A stretch of 62,923 nucleotides of DNA, counting the filler, from Octopus bimaculoides (Eukaryota): assembly GCF_001194135.2 (NCBI RefSeq). It is 5 parts of 5 records of this genome, joined end to end, with 100 filler letters (N's around TTAATTAATTAA, not from the genome) between each part and the next. Parts side by side here need not be neighbours in the genome. Positions count along the whole stretch, not along the records: positions 33,988 to 48,796 come from NC_068985.1; positions 48,897 to 60,556 come from NC_069007.1; 3 more parts are not named here. One strand, written 5' to 3'. Numbering within the stretch: the stretch's first letter is position 1; every line of letters begins with the position of its first letter. The translations under genes were made by a program, and so were the position numbers. Under the pieces are notes generated by a model. That model was not told the origin of the DNA. It ran no database searches and was given only the letters and a program-made list of their open reading frames with translations. Of the stretch, positions 38,361-51,294 are shown in pieces.

Positions 38361-38720
38361 AGTTCAAATTCCGCCGAGGTCGACTTTGCCTTTCATCCTT
38401 TCGGGATCGATAAATTACGTACGCACTGGGGTCGATATAATTGACTTAATCCCTTTGTCTGTCCTTGTTTGTCCCCTCTGTGTGTAGAAATAAGAAATAA
38501 GAAACGTTAGCACACCGGGTGAAATGCCTAGCGGTATTTCGTCTGTCTGTACGTTCTAAGTTCAAATTCCGCCGAGGTCGAATTTGCCTTTCATCGTTTC
38601 GGAGTCGATTAAATAAGTACCAGTTACGCACTGGTGTCGATGTAATCGACTTAATCCCTTTGTCTGTCCTTATTTGTCCCCTCTATGTTTAGCCCCCAGT
38701 GGGCAATAAAGAAATAAATA
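38361..38720 (+). mobile_element. Two tandem SINE family A copies
   Basis: AGTTCAAATTCCGCCGAGGTCGA...TTAATCCCTTTGTCTGTCCTT occurs twice (38361-~38490 and ~38503-38720). Confidence 0.9.
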
Positions 38721-38899
38721 TTTTCGTTCTCATCCGTTACTGCTATTTTGCAGAAGATCGTCAAAATGTCTGCCGAGCAGCTCAAGTACAGCGAATTCAA
38801 ACCTGTTCATCATGAACATTTTTAAGGGACAAATTCTTCTACGTTGTGTGACAATTTGATTTCTTTTGGTAACCCTTATTTTCATCATCCACAAGGATA

Positions 38900-39700
38900 C
38901 ACTTTTCAGTGTGAGCTACGTTTCATCGTGTTCAATGAGCAGTGCTTCCTCCTAACCTCTCAGAAGGTGTTTCTGAAAAAAGATCTTAGAGGTTTTGATA
39001 AAGACCTCAATTTCTGATGCAAGGACCACAATCGCTTTATTATTTATCTGATGCCTACACTGAAAATTATTATACAAACCAAAATAACACATGTGAAACA
39101 CGTCAGTTGCAAATTGTCTCATCAGTAAGAACTTTCTTGAAGCCTTTAGATTTGTTTACACCACTCTGATGGCAATATTTAACAAATATTTTCCATAAAG
39201 CCACTACAATATCCATGAGATTTCAAAGTAACGCTTTCCATCTCACTTCAAAACACTGGAGAAATCGTTTCAGTGGGTAATAAATCGACAGCTGGAATTT
39301 GTTCCACTTCAGAAGCTCACCGTGACGACAAGTGAAAAAACTGACAATTCCAACCGCCTTTCAACCATTTGTTTAATTTCTGTAACTGATTTGCTGGTAT
39401 TTTTTAATGCAAACGCCCAAGTATGTACTACGCATTCTATTTCAATATAGAATGTTCAGAACTGAGCTCTTTCTTGGGAGATTATAACGTGTCCACAAGC
39501 TTTTGAATCCTCCTATCCACTCTTCTTGTTATCTTCATCTCATTATATGATATGCTTTGGAGAGGATTGCTGAATTGTATAAACGTCTTTTCGCCTTTGA
39601 AATGTGGTTGGACACGCACTGCTGCACTGGAACTTCATTACTTCAATTCTCAAGAAAAATATATACCGTCTTCCGTTTCAGAAACTAATTCTCCTTCTGC
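38900..39700 (-). mobile_element. Possible very degenerate hAT-type transposase remnant
   Basis: Minus-strand pieces ECVVHTWAFALK, VSFFTCRHGELL and LKRFLQCFEVRW weakly resemble the hAT CxxH and TRW motifs in the right order; many stops. Confidence 0.3.
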
Positions 39701-40550
39701 ATTCTGTCAGTTGAAGCAGCTCATTTAGAAAGGGGTTTAAACTGAAGCAACAACAGAAAGGTTATTACTAAGGTGAACACTGTTGAATTTCAAAAATTCA
39801 CTCCTATATATATATAATTTTCTCTTATAATAAAGAATAATTACAACACATGGCAAGAAATAGATAAAGATGTTAGTTCTGAACCGCCAAATCCAAATAA
39901 TTCACAGACATCGCATATTTAAGGTTTGGTTAAGAAATATATATTTGGTATCTGCGGAGCAAAAAATCCAAATTCCTCCCGCATGAAGGATGATCAAAAT
40001 AGCCAGAAATATCCAAGCTAACGTCGGCCTAAATATTAGCTGGAAATGATTTTTATCCAAATATCATTGTTGATGACTGTAGATTGGAGTTCAAGTTGCG
40101 TCCGAAGTCATTAAAAAGAGAACAGTTGTGGCCAGTTGTTGCGTTGTTCCATACAATGCATGAATAATACAAAAGTAAGAAGTACATTTTAATGTTGAGT
40201 TTTGTGTCTCACGTAAGACAATAAAATACCTGTAAATCTTTAAAGGGTTTTATCACTCTACAGTTTCCCTGCAGTGAGAATATCAAGTATGACTTGATGA
40301 TGCTAATGATGAAAATCTCGATTATGAAAATTTGCGATGTGTAGAGCCCTTTGAGGCTTACTAGGGATTCTTTCAGTTTCCAGTTCAACGAAGCAATCTT
40401 GTCATTAAATATTTGCCTATATATTTTCCTTGACTACAAATAATCGTGTTTTATGCAATATACGAATGAGATTCTTGAATTACTCAATCAAGAAAGACGA
40501 TGATGATTACCAATCGATACAAGCTTTTCTTTTTAATGTAATTTCCTTGT

Positions 40551-40932
40551 GGATGCGCAATGGCCCAGTGGTTAGGGCAGCGGACTCGCGGTCATAGGAT
40601 CGTGGTTTCGATTCCCAGACCGGGCGTTGTGAGTGTTTATTGAGCGAAAACACCTAAAGCTCCACGAGGCTCCGGCAGGGTCATGATATTGCTGTAGTCT
40701 TTCACCACAACTTTCTCTCACTCTTACTTTCTGTTTCTGTTGTACCTGTATTTCAAAGGGCCAGCCTTGTCACACTCTGTGTCACGCTGAATATCCCCCG
40801 AGAACTACGTTAAGGGTACACGTGTCTGTGGACTTGTTAACTTGTTAGCTACTTGCATGTTAATTTCACGAGCAGGCTGTTCTGTTGATCGGATCAACTG
40901 GAACCCTCGTCGTCGTAAGCGATGGAGTGTCA
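40551..40932 (+). mobile_element. tRNA-derived SINE, near full length
   Basis: A box TGGCCCAGTGGTT, B box GGTTTCGATTCCC, 3' CACGAGCAGGCTGTTCTGTTGATCGGATCAACTGGAACCCTCGTCGTCGTAA. Confidence 0.88.
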
Positions 40933-41475
40933 ACAATTTCCTTGTCTTAACATTAGGTTGTCAGATAAATTCGTTGGCTNNNNNNNNNNNNNNNNNNNNN
41001 NNNNNNNNNNNNNNNNNNNNNNNNNNNNNNNNNNNNNNNNNNNNNNNNNNNNNNNNNNNNNNNNNNNNNNNNNNNNNNNNNNNNNNNNNNNNNNNNNNNN
41101 NNNNNNNNNNNNNNNNNNNNNNNNNNNNNNNNNNNNNNNNNNNNNNNNNNNNNNNNNNNNNNTGCGATGTGTTTCATTCAACAACAACGTGGAGGTGAAA
41201 ACCTAGCTCGATGAATTCTTCGTATCAAGGCTCTTTGATTACCGGGTGATTATTGTCATGACATCGGTAAGAAGTTGCGAACAATGACATGGGTAAGAAG
41301 TTGCGAACACTGAAAGAATATATTATCGACTGATTTTTTAATATCGTTGATGAAAAATAAAGGATTAAAATAAACGGAAAGAAAAAGAAGGAACGAATTT
41401 ATCTGACAACTCAACATATCTAAATCTTAGCAGAGAATAGTTAGACAGTGTTATGAATACTTCAAAGATTCTGCT

Positions 41476-41960
41476 GTTGGCAGAATCTATGCAGTAAAAC
41501 CAGCACAAGGAGAGCTGATTCATCGTAAGTTATTGCTTCAGAATAAAGCAGGTGGTAAATGTGTGAATGATTTACTTGCTTGCTGCTAACAATGTTGTCA
41601 GCGAAAATCTAAACATGTGCGGCAGATGATAAATCTCTTAGTAAATGGTCAAGAAGGAAATTAATACTTGAACGAAGCCAAAACTATGCATTCCGACGAA
41701 GAGTTTAGAAATCTAGTTATCAATATACAACAATTTGACTTAGTTTTGCTCTCCTTCGAGACTATTATAATATACAACTCATTCTCCTCAATTACATGTA
41801 TAAAAGAAGACAAGAAAATTTAATGGATGAAGTAACCTTGAAGTATGAAGTGAATGATCTGATGTGTGCATTAGACAAACATCTCCTACAGTATAATCGA
41901 AGTTCAATACTTTCGGGTTTATCCGCTTCCAACCGTAGCCTTACAAATAGCAATATCTCA
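41476..41960 (+). mobile_element. Degenerate Helitron Rep/Hel fragment
   Basis: VGRIYAVKPAQGELIHRKLLLQNKAGGKCVNDL resembles the Helitron GRxYxVxPxxGExFYLRLLL motif; followed by YLNEA and ALDKHLLQYNRSSILSGL segments. Confidence 0.5.
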
Positions 41961-42084
41961 GTTTTTAAAGGTGGGACTAATTCTAATGCTGGTATTTTTT
42001 TTTATAATGAACATATCTCCTTGATTAATGATGACTAAAGGATTACATTTGAAATCATTAAAAGAAGAAACATCAAGTCAGAGG

Positions 42085-42240
42085 GTGGGGTAAGTTGATT
42101 ACATCGACCCCGGTACTCCGCTGGTACTTATTTTATCGACCCCCGAAAGGATGAAAAGCAAAGTCGACCTCGACGGAATTTGAACTCGGAACGTAAAGAT
42201 GGATGAAATTCCGTTAGGAATTTCGCCCGACTCGCTAACC
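42085..42240 (-). mobile_element. SINE family A
   Basis: GATTACATCGACCCCGG...ATCGACCCCGAAAGGATGAAAAGCAAAGTCGACCTCGACGGAATTTGAACTC. Confidence 0.88.
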
Positions 42241-42289
42241 TCAATAATACTAATAATAATAATAATAGTAATAATAATAATAATAGAAA

Positions 42290-43610
42290 ATTAATCATCT
42301 ACTCTATATGGATGATCTAAAAAGGACAAAGAATTAGAAGGGCTCCTGAAGATTGTCAAAGAATTCAGCTCTGATATATATGTTTGGAATTCGGACTTGA
42401 TAAATGTGCAAAGGCTACTTTCAAGGCAGGGAAGTTCGTAAAGGCAGAAAACATAGAACTTGATACTACCACAGCTATTCGAAACCCAAACCAATCGGAA
42501 GTATACAAATATCTGGGAACCAATAAAGGTGAAGGTATCCAGCACTCTAAAATGAAAGAGAAAATCTGCAAGGAATGCTACCGAAGGGTAAGAATGGTAC
42601 TAAACTCAGAATTAAATGCCGCTAACAGAATTAATGCGATCAATTCTTTGGCAATTCCAGTAACCACATATAGCTTCGGTCTCATTAAGTGGAGTCTCAC
42701 TCACATGTAGAATACGGATGGGAAGATCCGGAAAATCCTTCTAAGGTACCGAATGCATCATCCAAAATCAGATGTCGACAGAATTTATCTCCCAAGAAAA
42801 ATAGATGGAAGAGGCCTGATACAAATCGAATAATCCTTCATATCAGAAATAGTAGGCCTTGAAACGTACCTTAATACAACAAGTGATGTACTCTTACGAA
42901 CTGCACTGAAGCATGAAGATTCCAAGCAAGCTTCTGTCATGAAGCTTAATAAGAATTTTAAAATGTCTCTTGGCCTACAAGTTAACAGTAAGAATGACTA
43001 AAGACACCCAAATACTGACAGACCTACCATTATTTCTCCTGATTTAGAAATTCACAATCAGAAAACCAAAGAGATCCAAATAGTGACAAACCTATCATTG
43101 ATGCAAAACATATCAAACAAAAAGCAAAGAAGGCTTGCATGAATAATATCGAAGACAACTGGAAAGGCAAACTCCTGCATGGAAAATACCCTAACCGCCT
43201 ACCCAAGATACTGATCAAAATCTAACACACCAATAGCTACAAGGGACAAGTCTAAAAGGGGAAGCAGAAGGTTTTGTTATTGCAGCGCTAGATCAGAGCT
43301 TACCTATCAGAAACTACTATGCAAACGTCCTTAAAGATGGATCTGACTTGTGCAGAATTCGGAAAATTCACAGAGACAATTGATCATGTTGTTTCTGGCT
43401 GTCCAGTCCTCGCTGAAAAGGTGTACCTCATAAGACATGACAGACTAGGGTAGTACATCCACTGAAATGCTTGTAAATGCTACAAACTTAAATCCCATGA
43501 TAGGTAGTACAGGCACCATCCAGAGGATATAGTAAATGGCGAGGGCGCCACCATCCTTTAAAACTTCTCAATACAAGCAGACAGAAAAACTGAGTCCAAT
43601 CGACTTTTGC
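42290..43610 (+). mobile_element. R4/Dong-clade retrotransposon, 5'-truncated (RT C-half, thumb, CCHC knuckle, RLE start)
   Basis: LYMDDLK region, MEFGLDKCAK, YKYLG, AINSLAIPVTTYSFG, HPKSDVDRIYLPR, LHGKY, EGFVIAALDQ, ETIDHVVSGCPVLA, RHDRLG; begins immediately after (AAT)n at 42243-42286. Confidence 0.93.
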
Positions 43611-44357
43611 CGCACCTTCTGTTTTTGAAAATTTCGTATATTGTGCGACGCATTCTTCCGTTCTCAATAAAGGAGATTTCCTTTAAAGTGTCTGCCGAGG
43701 TTGTCTATCAATCTTCCTTCGATAGACAAGGATATTCCACGCGGCATTGGCAAAGCTCATGAAAAATACTTTCTTCCTTTCACACGACTGATAGATTGTG
43801 GAAGACTAGCGCCCGTCCAGTAAATAAAGTGTTTGCGTGCTTTAATTTCATCAGCAAAATGCTCCATATCTAGCGTTTTCGTCTTGGAAGGAACACTTAA
43901 AAGCGATGGCTCTTATTATTCTTCCTCTACACTTTCATTTCACGAAGTACGTGCATGTGTACTGCCATTGCTATTGTCATTTTTGTCAAACGTGTTGTCT
44001 GTTATACTATCTCTTTTTCGTTGAAATGTCATTATTTTTTCCTTACTGTCTACCATTTGTATATGTATTCATTACCATTTCTTCTTCTTTTTTTTATACT
44101 TAGTAGCTGTTTTGCTTTGTTCAGTATTTTGAATCAGTTCTCGAGAGACAAGAAGATATTTTGACCTTAAAGTTTAGTAAAATAAAACGGAGATGTTTTA
44201 CAAAGCAGACCCTGCTGTCTAACTCCTGTAGGCATTCTAAAGTGTTAAATAATAACCCCTGTTTGAAAGAATATCCAAATGCAAAGTAATTTCTCCAGTT
44301 ACACGAAGTAAAATCTTATCACATCGCAACGATATCAGCAAATAAAAATATCCTTGA

Positions 44358-44427
<70 letters not shown>

Positions 44428-44431
44428 GGGT

Positions 44432-44722
44432 CAAAGACCTGGAAATAGAGGTAACTCGAATGTGGAATCTAAAAACAGAAACAATTCCTATCATAGTAGG
44501 CGCCTTAGGTATGATAAAAAAATATTCAGACAAATACATAACAAAAACACCAGAACTTACAAATATATATAACATACAGAAAATTGCACTACTGGGTACT
44601 GCACACATTCTACGCAAAACACTTTCAATACAGTAACCATAAGAGCATCACAGCAAACCACAGCACATACCCAAGGCACACAGAGCTGCGTTCGGTAGTG
44701 AAGTGAAAGTACGTTATAAAAA
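44432..44722 (+). mobile_element. R4/Dong 3' end, young 5'-truncated copy
   Basis: Uninterrupted KDLEIEVTRMWNLKTETIPIIVGALGMIKKYSDKYITKTPELTNIYNIQKIALLGTAHILRKTLSIQ* (44433-44636) plus 3' UTR; directly after (AAT)n at ~44359-44427. Confidence 0.93.
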
Positions 44723-44749
44723 TGAAACTACTGAATAATAATAAAGCAA

Positions 44750-44947
44750 CCCTCTTAAGTACGAAATAGCCCGGTTATGGAAAATGAAGAAGGTGAAGAC
44801 AGTGCCAATTATTAATGGGTCCTGTATATGCTTTTTTCCTGTATATGCTTTTTCTGTGCTTGTTTCTAGTACGTCTAATTCTGGAATTTCTTGTATTTGG
44901 AATTCACTTAGATATTCCTTTGCCTGTTTTGTTACTGAGTATGATGC
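44750..44947. mobile_element. Two short R4/Dong fragments in opposite orientation
   Basis: + strand 44750-44822 LKYEIARLWKMKKVKTVPII; - strand 44825-44947 SVTKQAKEYLSEFQIQEIPELD, which starts after (GAA)n. Confidence 0.6.
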
Positions 44948-45654
44948 TTTCTTCTTCTTCTTCTTCTTCTTCTTCTTCTTCTTCTTCTTCTTCTTCTTCT
45001 TCTTNNNNNNNNNNNNNNNNNNNNNNNNNNNNNNNNNNNNNNNNNNNNNNNNNNNNNNNNNNNNNNNNNNNNNNNNNNNNNNNNNNNNNNNNNNNNNNNN
45101 NNNNNNNNNNNNNNNNNNNNNNNNNNNNNNNNNNNNNNNNNNNNNNNNNNNNNNNNNNNNNNNNNNNNNNNNNNNNNNNNNNNNNNNNNNNNNNNNNNNN
45201 NNNNNNNNNNNNNNNNNNNNNNNNNNNNNNNNNNNNNNNNNNNNNNNNNNNNNNNNNNNNNNNNNNNNNNNNNNNNNNNNNNNNNNNNNNNNNNNNNNNN
45301 NNNNNNNNNNNNNNNNNNNNNNNNNNNNNNNNNNNNNNNNNNNNNNNNNNNNNNNNNNNNNNNNNNNNNNNNNNNNNNNNNNNNNNNNNNNNNNNNNNNN
45401 NNNNNNNNNNNNNNNNNNNNNNNNNNNNNNNNNNNNNNNNNNNNNCCCATAAAGGTCGCTAGTTCGGTAGACCAGTAGGCATGGGTATTGAGAAATAATA
45501 ACGCAATATATAGGTGGTGGTTTCAAATCTAGTTAATTTTTTTTATTTAAGCAACAAAATTTCCTTCAACAATTCCTTTCTCTTAAGCGTGACACACACG
45601 TCAGATACGTACAAAAAACAAATTAGCATGTTAATATTATTGATTATTATTATT

Positions 45655-45965
45655 CATACCAATAAATTGTTGTTGGAAGAGAGAAATGTTGCCAAAAATC
45701 AAAGCAGAAAAGGAGAGGGACCAAAGAGAATTACATCTTGGATAAAACAATACTCCAAAATTGTGAACGAAAACGGATAGAATCAACTTTGGCCTGGATT
45801 GATTATAAAAGAGCTTTTAATATGGCGCGGCATTCCTGAATTCTTGAGTATATTCAAAATAGCCGATGACTTCAAATCATTCCTGAGAAATAGCATAGAC
45901 CACTGTGACACAGAACTCATATTAATCGACGAGAAGCTTGGAGAAGTAAAGATAAAGAGACAAAT
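45655..45965 (+). mobile_element. R4/Dong RT fragment
   Basis: Frameshifted LAWIDYKRAFNM...IFKIADDFKSFLRNSI...KLGEVKIKRQIY, matching the RT domain 3 WIDYKKAFD region. Confidence 0.8.
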
Positions 45966-46149
45966 ATATAAAGAGGGGTCGATAAAGGAAGTACTAGTCA
46001 AATATTGGAGTCGATGTAATCGACTTCCCCCTCCCCTCAAAAGTCTGCCGGCCCTGTGTCAAAACTTGAAACCATTATTTTTAGCCATTCTTATTTCTAT
46101 GAGCCGTGCCTTAAGAAAGGTAAAAGTAGGATATTAATTTGGAGAAAGC

Positions 46150-46530
46150 GTAGGCATAACTGTGTAATAAAGAACTTCGCTTTGCAACCGTGTGGCTTTG
46201 GGTTCAATTCCACTGCATGGCACCTTGGTCAAGTGTCTTCTGTTATAACTGTGTACCAACCAATTCCTTGTGTGTGAATTTGGACGGTGGGAGCTCGCAA
46301 TAACAAAGCGAAATGTGTGTGTCTGTCTGTCTGTCTGTTTTTGTGTTTGTCCTCCTCATCGCTAGACAACCGATGTCGGTTTGTTTAGATCCCTGTAACT
46401 TAGTGGTTCAGCAAAAAAGACCAGCAGAATAGGTACCAGACTTCTAAATAAGTACTGGGATCTGTTTGTCTATTAAAACTCTTCAAAGTAGTGCTCCAGC
46501 ATGGTCGCGGACCCGTAACTAAAACAATTT
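46150..46530 (+). mobile_element. SINE family B, diverged
   Basis: GGGTTCAATTCCACTGCATGGCACCTTGGTCAAGTGTCTTC...GACAACCGATG...GTGCTCCAGCATGGTCGC. Confidence 0.8.
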
Positions 46531-46599
46531 AAAGAAAAAAGATAAAAACATTATCGACTACCTTAAAATGAATACGTAAGAAAATATTAAAATCCCACC

Positions 46600-47030
46600 T
46601 AAACAGTAAAGATGTTATCACAGCTATCAATGGAGGCATCATCAGGTGGAACACCCAAGCACTGCAGGATATTGATAAGACAACTAGGAAGCTGCAGACG
46701 ATATATATTCCACGAGAAAGGTGATAATGTAAGAATGTTTAGGAAACGGAGTGATAGTGGAGGAGACGAACACAGTAAGTACGCGTCAGAAAGTAGAAAA
46801 ATGTTGAGGGCTAGGAAAAAATAAGAAGGAATAATAAATGCTGGAAAATAGAAAGAAAACACCATGGTAAGAGGTAAAAATAATTGAATAAGAAAAATCA
46901 AAGCATGGAATATCTTCAGGTACACTGCTTAAAGAAACATTCGGATTTGAGACTAATTAAACAAAAGGGAATTTGAAGAAAGTCCTCCGAAGGTACTATA
47001 TTGGCTGCCCAAGAACGGATACACACAATC
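46600..47030 (+). mobile_element. R4/Dong thumb-region fragment, degenerate
   Basis: AINGGIIRWNTQALQDIDKTTRKL...FHEKGDNVRM...EGTILAAQE. Confidence 0.7.
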
Positions 47031-47589
47031 ATAAAAGGATTTTATATGGTTACACTTGGTTGATTGTGTGACAAATCCCCTGCTTGTAATTGAACTAGAT
47101 GTATGTCTGGCTATATAAAATAACTTGATTATTAATCATTTAAAATTGTATATAAATTTAATGAAAAAATAGATTTTAATTGTTATGTNNNNNNNNNNNN
47201 NNNNNNNNNNNNNNNNNNNNNNNNNNNNNNNNNNNNNNNNNNNNNNNNNNNNNNNNNNNNNNNNNNNNNNNNNNNNNNNNNNNNNNNNNNNNNNNNNNNN
47301 NNNNNNNNNNNNNNNNNNNNNNNNNNNNNNNNNNNNNNNNNNNNNNNNNNNNNNNNNNNNNNNNNNNNNNNNNNNNNNNNNNNNNNNNNNNNNNNNNNNN
47401 NNNNNNNNNNNNNNNNNNNNNNNNNNNNNNNNNNNNNNNNNNNNNNNNNNNNNNNNNNNNNNNNNNNNNNNNNNNNNNNNNNNNNNNNNNNNNNNNNNNN
47501 NNNNNNNNNNNNNNNNNNNNNNNNNNNNNNNNNNNNNNNNNNNNNNNNNNNNNNNNCATTGTTATGATCAGCCATTATTATGATTGACC

Positions 47590-47770
47590 GTTGACTGGAC
47601 ACTATTCAATTTTTTTTCTCCGTGTTTTTCTCCTTGTCTCCGTATTCTTTCTGTTGAAGAGCGTAGCTCGAAACATCAAAGACTTTCCGTATTCCCGAGC
47701 GTCATACTAATACATCCTTTTGTTATTTACACCACCTGTCCTCGTCTGTTGTTGTTTTTTCGTATATTCT
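47590..47770 (+). mobile_element. Penelope-like terminal repeat fragment with degenerate hammerhead motif
   Basis: TCTTT-CTGTTGA-A-GAGC(GTA)GCTC-GAAA-CATC-AAAGA at 47646-47682; the downstream sequence is related to 19010-19080. Confidence 0.55.
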
Positions 47771-48323
47771 CCCATATATATTAAATACATTGTTATGTAT
47801 TATAAACTGATAAGGTTATGGTTTATAATATATGCTGCGCTTAATTTGTATTCATTAATTACTGTTATATTTATATCTGTGACTTTAATATTAATAACTG
47901 GATATATTTCATAATAATATGATTATTATGATTTGGGGAATACGCTAAATAGATTTAGTATGTAGCTAATAAGATAATTTTGGGAATACTAGTTAATGAC
48001 TGTAGCCCACATAGAATTAGAGTACCAGAACTTAGCACAAAAACAATAAAAATGCTGGTGACTCGATATACACCGAATAAAAGCTACGACTGATGTGTAT
48101 AAATACCAACTTGCTACAAGTTTACGTATGCTTGAGGCATATTCGAACCCGTGAGAAAGCCATTTACTGTGTTTTGTCATGGAGAATGGTGTAGCTAAAT
48201 AATGTACACATACCAAGTCAGTTCAAAGTGCCCTCTGACCAGAAAGATGGACGCAGGTATTTCGGAGTGGTTATCTCCTCTTCAGCACCGAACACTGGTG
48301 ATAGGAATGCTACGAACTGACAC

Positions 48324-48550
48324 GAGCTGGCAGAAACGTTAGCACGCCGGGTGAATTGCTTAGCGGTATTTCGTTTGCCGTAAAGTTCTGAGTTCAAATT
48401 CCGCCGAGGTCGACTTTGCGTTTCATCCTTTCGGGGTTGATAAATTAGAAACCAGTTACGCACTGGGGTCGATGTAATCGACTTAATCCGTTTGTCTGTC
48501 CTTGTTTGTCCCCTCCATGTTTAGCCCCTTGTGGGCAATACAGAAATAAG
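48324..48550 (+). mobile_element. SINE family A, near full length
   Basis: GAGCTGGCAGAAACGTTAGCACGCCGGG...GAGTTCAAATTCCGCCGAGGTCGAC...GGGCAATACAGAAATAAG. Confidence 0.93.
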
Positions 48551-48764
48551 AGATAAATACTTCTTATATACGCGTCATCATACTGTTACTGGTTGCGCTA
48601 ATCGGTGGGTCAGCATCTATGTATGTATGTATGTATGTATGTATGCATGTATGTATGCATGTTTGTGTATATATATATGTACACTACATGCAATTACATA
48701 TAAATACATACATGCACACACACACATACACACACACATAGCTATATGAATTAACATATATATG

Positions 48765-48796
<32 letters not shown>

Positions 48797-49259
48797 NNNN
48801 NNNNNNNNNNNNNNNNNNNNNNNNNNNNNNNNNNNNNNNNTTAATTAATTAANNNNNNNNNNNNNNNNNNNNNNNNNNNNNNNNNNNNNNNNNNNNGATT
48901 TCTATTTTCTCAAAGAATATAGAACTTTTGGTTTTTCCTCAGTGCCACGAAGCAAAGAAAACTAGTCTCAACAATGTGGTGGGTGTGTGTACATGCAATA
49001 CATACACAAAGTTTCATTTAAAAGTAGTCGACGCCGAATACTGCGCCTTTTGAATTTCGCCAGCTCGCAAGAAAGGCAAGTGTCAAATTTCTCTACAAAA
49101 ACACCAGCTACCATTTAATTAAATTTCCCCCCCCCCCAGCTACACTTTTTTGTTTCGTAGGGAATAAAACACAACAAAGAAGGGGGTTGGGTCTTGTTTT
49201 GTGTTGGGGATCCCATCTTTGAAACGTAACGTATTTATGTACAAAAAAATAACACTCAC

Positions 49260-49383
49260 CAACAAGGACGGAAGACCCACATAGTGAGACAGGGAGAGGG
49301 GGTACACTTCTGTCGGAGTACCCCAGTTGTTTTTTTCCCCTCACTTTTAATCCAGCCCAGGTCATCTTTACAGTTTTAGCATT
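49260..49383 (-). CDS. Candidate exon (unverified)
   Basis: Acceptor CATCTCTGCCCAG and donor GTGAGT; only one open frame, NAKTVKMTWAGLKVRGKKQLGYSDRSVPPLPVSLCGSSVLV; phase 0 in, phase 1 out. Confidence 0.22.
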
Positions 49384-50982
49384 CTGGGCAGAGATGATCA
49401 TAAAAATTCCGTTACCAAACCAAATAATTACTGATGGTTAGTTAATAAACCCGAATAAATTTCCTGTTTCTCGTCCGTGTTTAGAAATAGTTATTTTTAT
49501 GTGTATATAATATACAAATTGGGAGAAAAGAATAGACCTACCGCACCGAGAAGTTTTATTGCATCTTTAGATTTTCAACTGCAGAAAACTTTATGAACAA
49601 ACTTACTCATGCCATGAACTAGACTATCCAACCACGACCTTTATTTAAAAATAGGCCTGGCATACTTAACTGGTAAATATTTTCTGAAAAAGAACTACTC
49701 ATTTCCCCTCCATTACTAAACAAAAATTGAAATCTCCAGTTTTGAATATTTGTCTTTCAGGATATGGAAACTGTTACGAACCAAGAAAAAATACTTCAAA
49801 TAACATTTTTTAATTCCAAAATATAAGAGGAAAAAAACCGTAGACAAATATACAAAACAACGTAAACGTCAGGAGTTTTAAGCAGCCGCAATAACCTGCT
49901 AGAAATAACAGCAACCAAATCTTCCCGTTGCTTAAAAGGTCTCTCTCAACTCAAAGGGAATAAGGGAATAAACGGTGAAGGCTGGGCTCGTACCCCTTCA
50001 ACTTCAGGTCTACCCCTACTAGGGGACAATGTGACTGGTTAAATAAAATTTATTAACTGTACAATTTTCCTAAAAGCTAAAAGACCATCTTGTAATTATA
50101 TTTTAAGAATCACCCGCCGTAAGCTTTTAAACAACAAACAATCCCTTTATTTATACTTTTGAAAAAAATAACACCCCTTGTGATGTAAAACAAAACACGC
50201 TGGTTAACAGACACTATTATTGATCGAAGACGTTCCAGCCATGACGTACTGCCAACTGAATGGGAGCTATTTTGGGACATACAGTGTCAAAAATGTCACC
50301 CACGATGTTAGTTGCTTTGATGATAGCTTGGCTGCTATTTCTAGCAAGCGGAGATGTTCCACGCGGCGGAGGGACCCACGTTGGCTTTATATACAAAACA
50401 AAATAGGGTTTAAGGATATATGAACCAGGAACGAGATTACTGATTCGAGTGTGAAAGCGAGAAGAGAGGGTTAGAGATTTCAAACGGGTATCTAAAAAAA
50501 AAAAAAAATGGGGTGCTTTTCAATAGAGACAGTCGGAAGAATAAAGGGGGAGGTGACAGCTAACGCAAATGTATTCACACAAAGGCATTGTAACGTTGTA
50601 AAGAAAAAGAAGCGGGAATTTTACAACCGTACCTCGTTATTATTATATACACACACTCAAATGTTAAACACACATGGAATATATACACATGTTAAATTAA
50701 TTGGTTAGTCTATTATATAAAATATCCATTTGTTGGACTAGATTTGTCGCGTATTTGAAGAAATATTTGAAAATCCCATTTTGCAAGAAAAATTATCAAA
50801 GGGCGTGCGATCCAACATACCTCAATCACCGATTTAAGGACTTCTCATATTATATATGAAGTTGTTATATACTAAAATCTGGGCTTTGCTTACATACAAG
50901 TAAACTATAAGTATGTTAGTACAATACTCGCATGTCTTATGTCAATTACAAAGTTTTGTTTTAATATATAAAACACGAATCA

Positions 50983-51090
50983 AGAGTTCAAATGCCGCAA
51001 AGGTCGACTTTGCCTTTCGATAATCGATTAAATGGCAAAAAATGCTCCAGTACAGTCACGTACTAGGATTAATGTAATCGACTTGCACTA
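50983..51090 (+). mobile_element. SINE family A, degenerate fragment
   Basis: GAGTTCAAATGCCGCAAAGGTCGACTTTGCCTTTC...ATGTAATCGACTT. Confidence 0.7.
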
Positions 51091-51257
51091 CCACTTCTAA
51101 ATATTAGCTGGTCAATGTATCAAATACTATAAAACAGACGCGAGTTTCGTGTCCCACACGCAGCCTTCGACGTTTTTCTTTCCAAAAGGGTTTCTTAACC
51201 ATTTACATGCTATTATTAACTTCTTACATTCACCATTCCCATAGATGTTTATATTTA

Positions 51258-51294
<37 letters not shown>

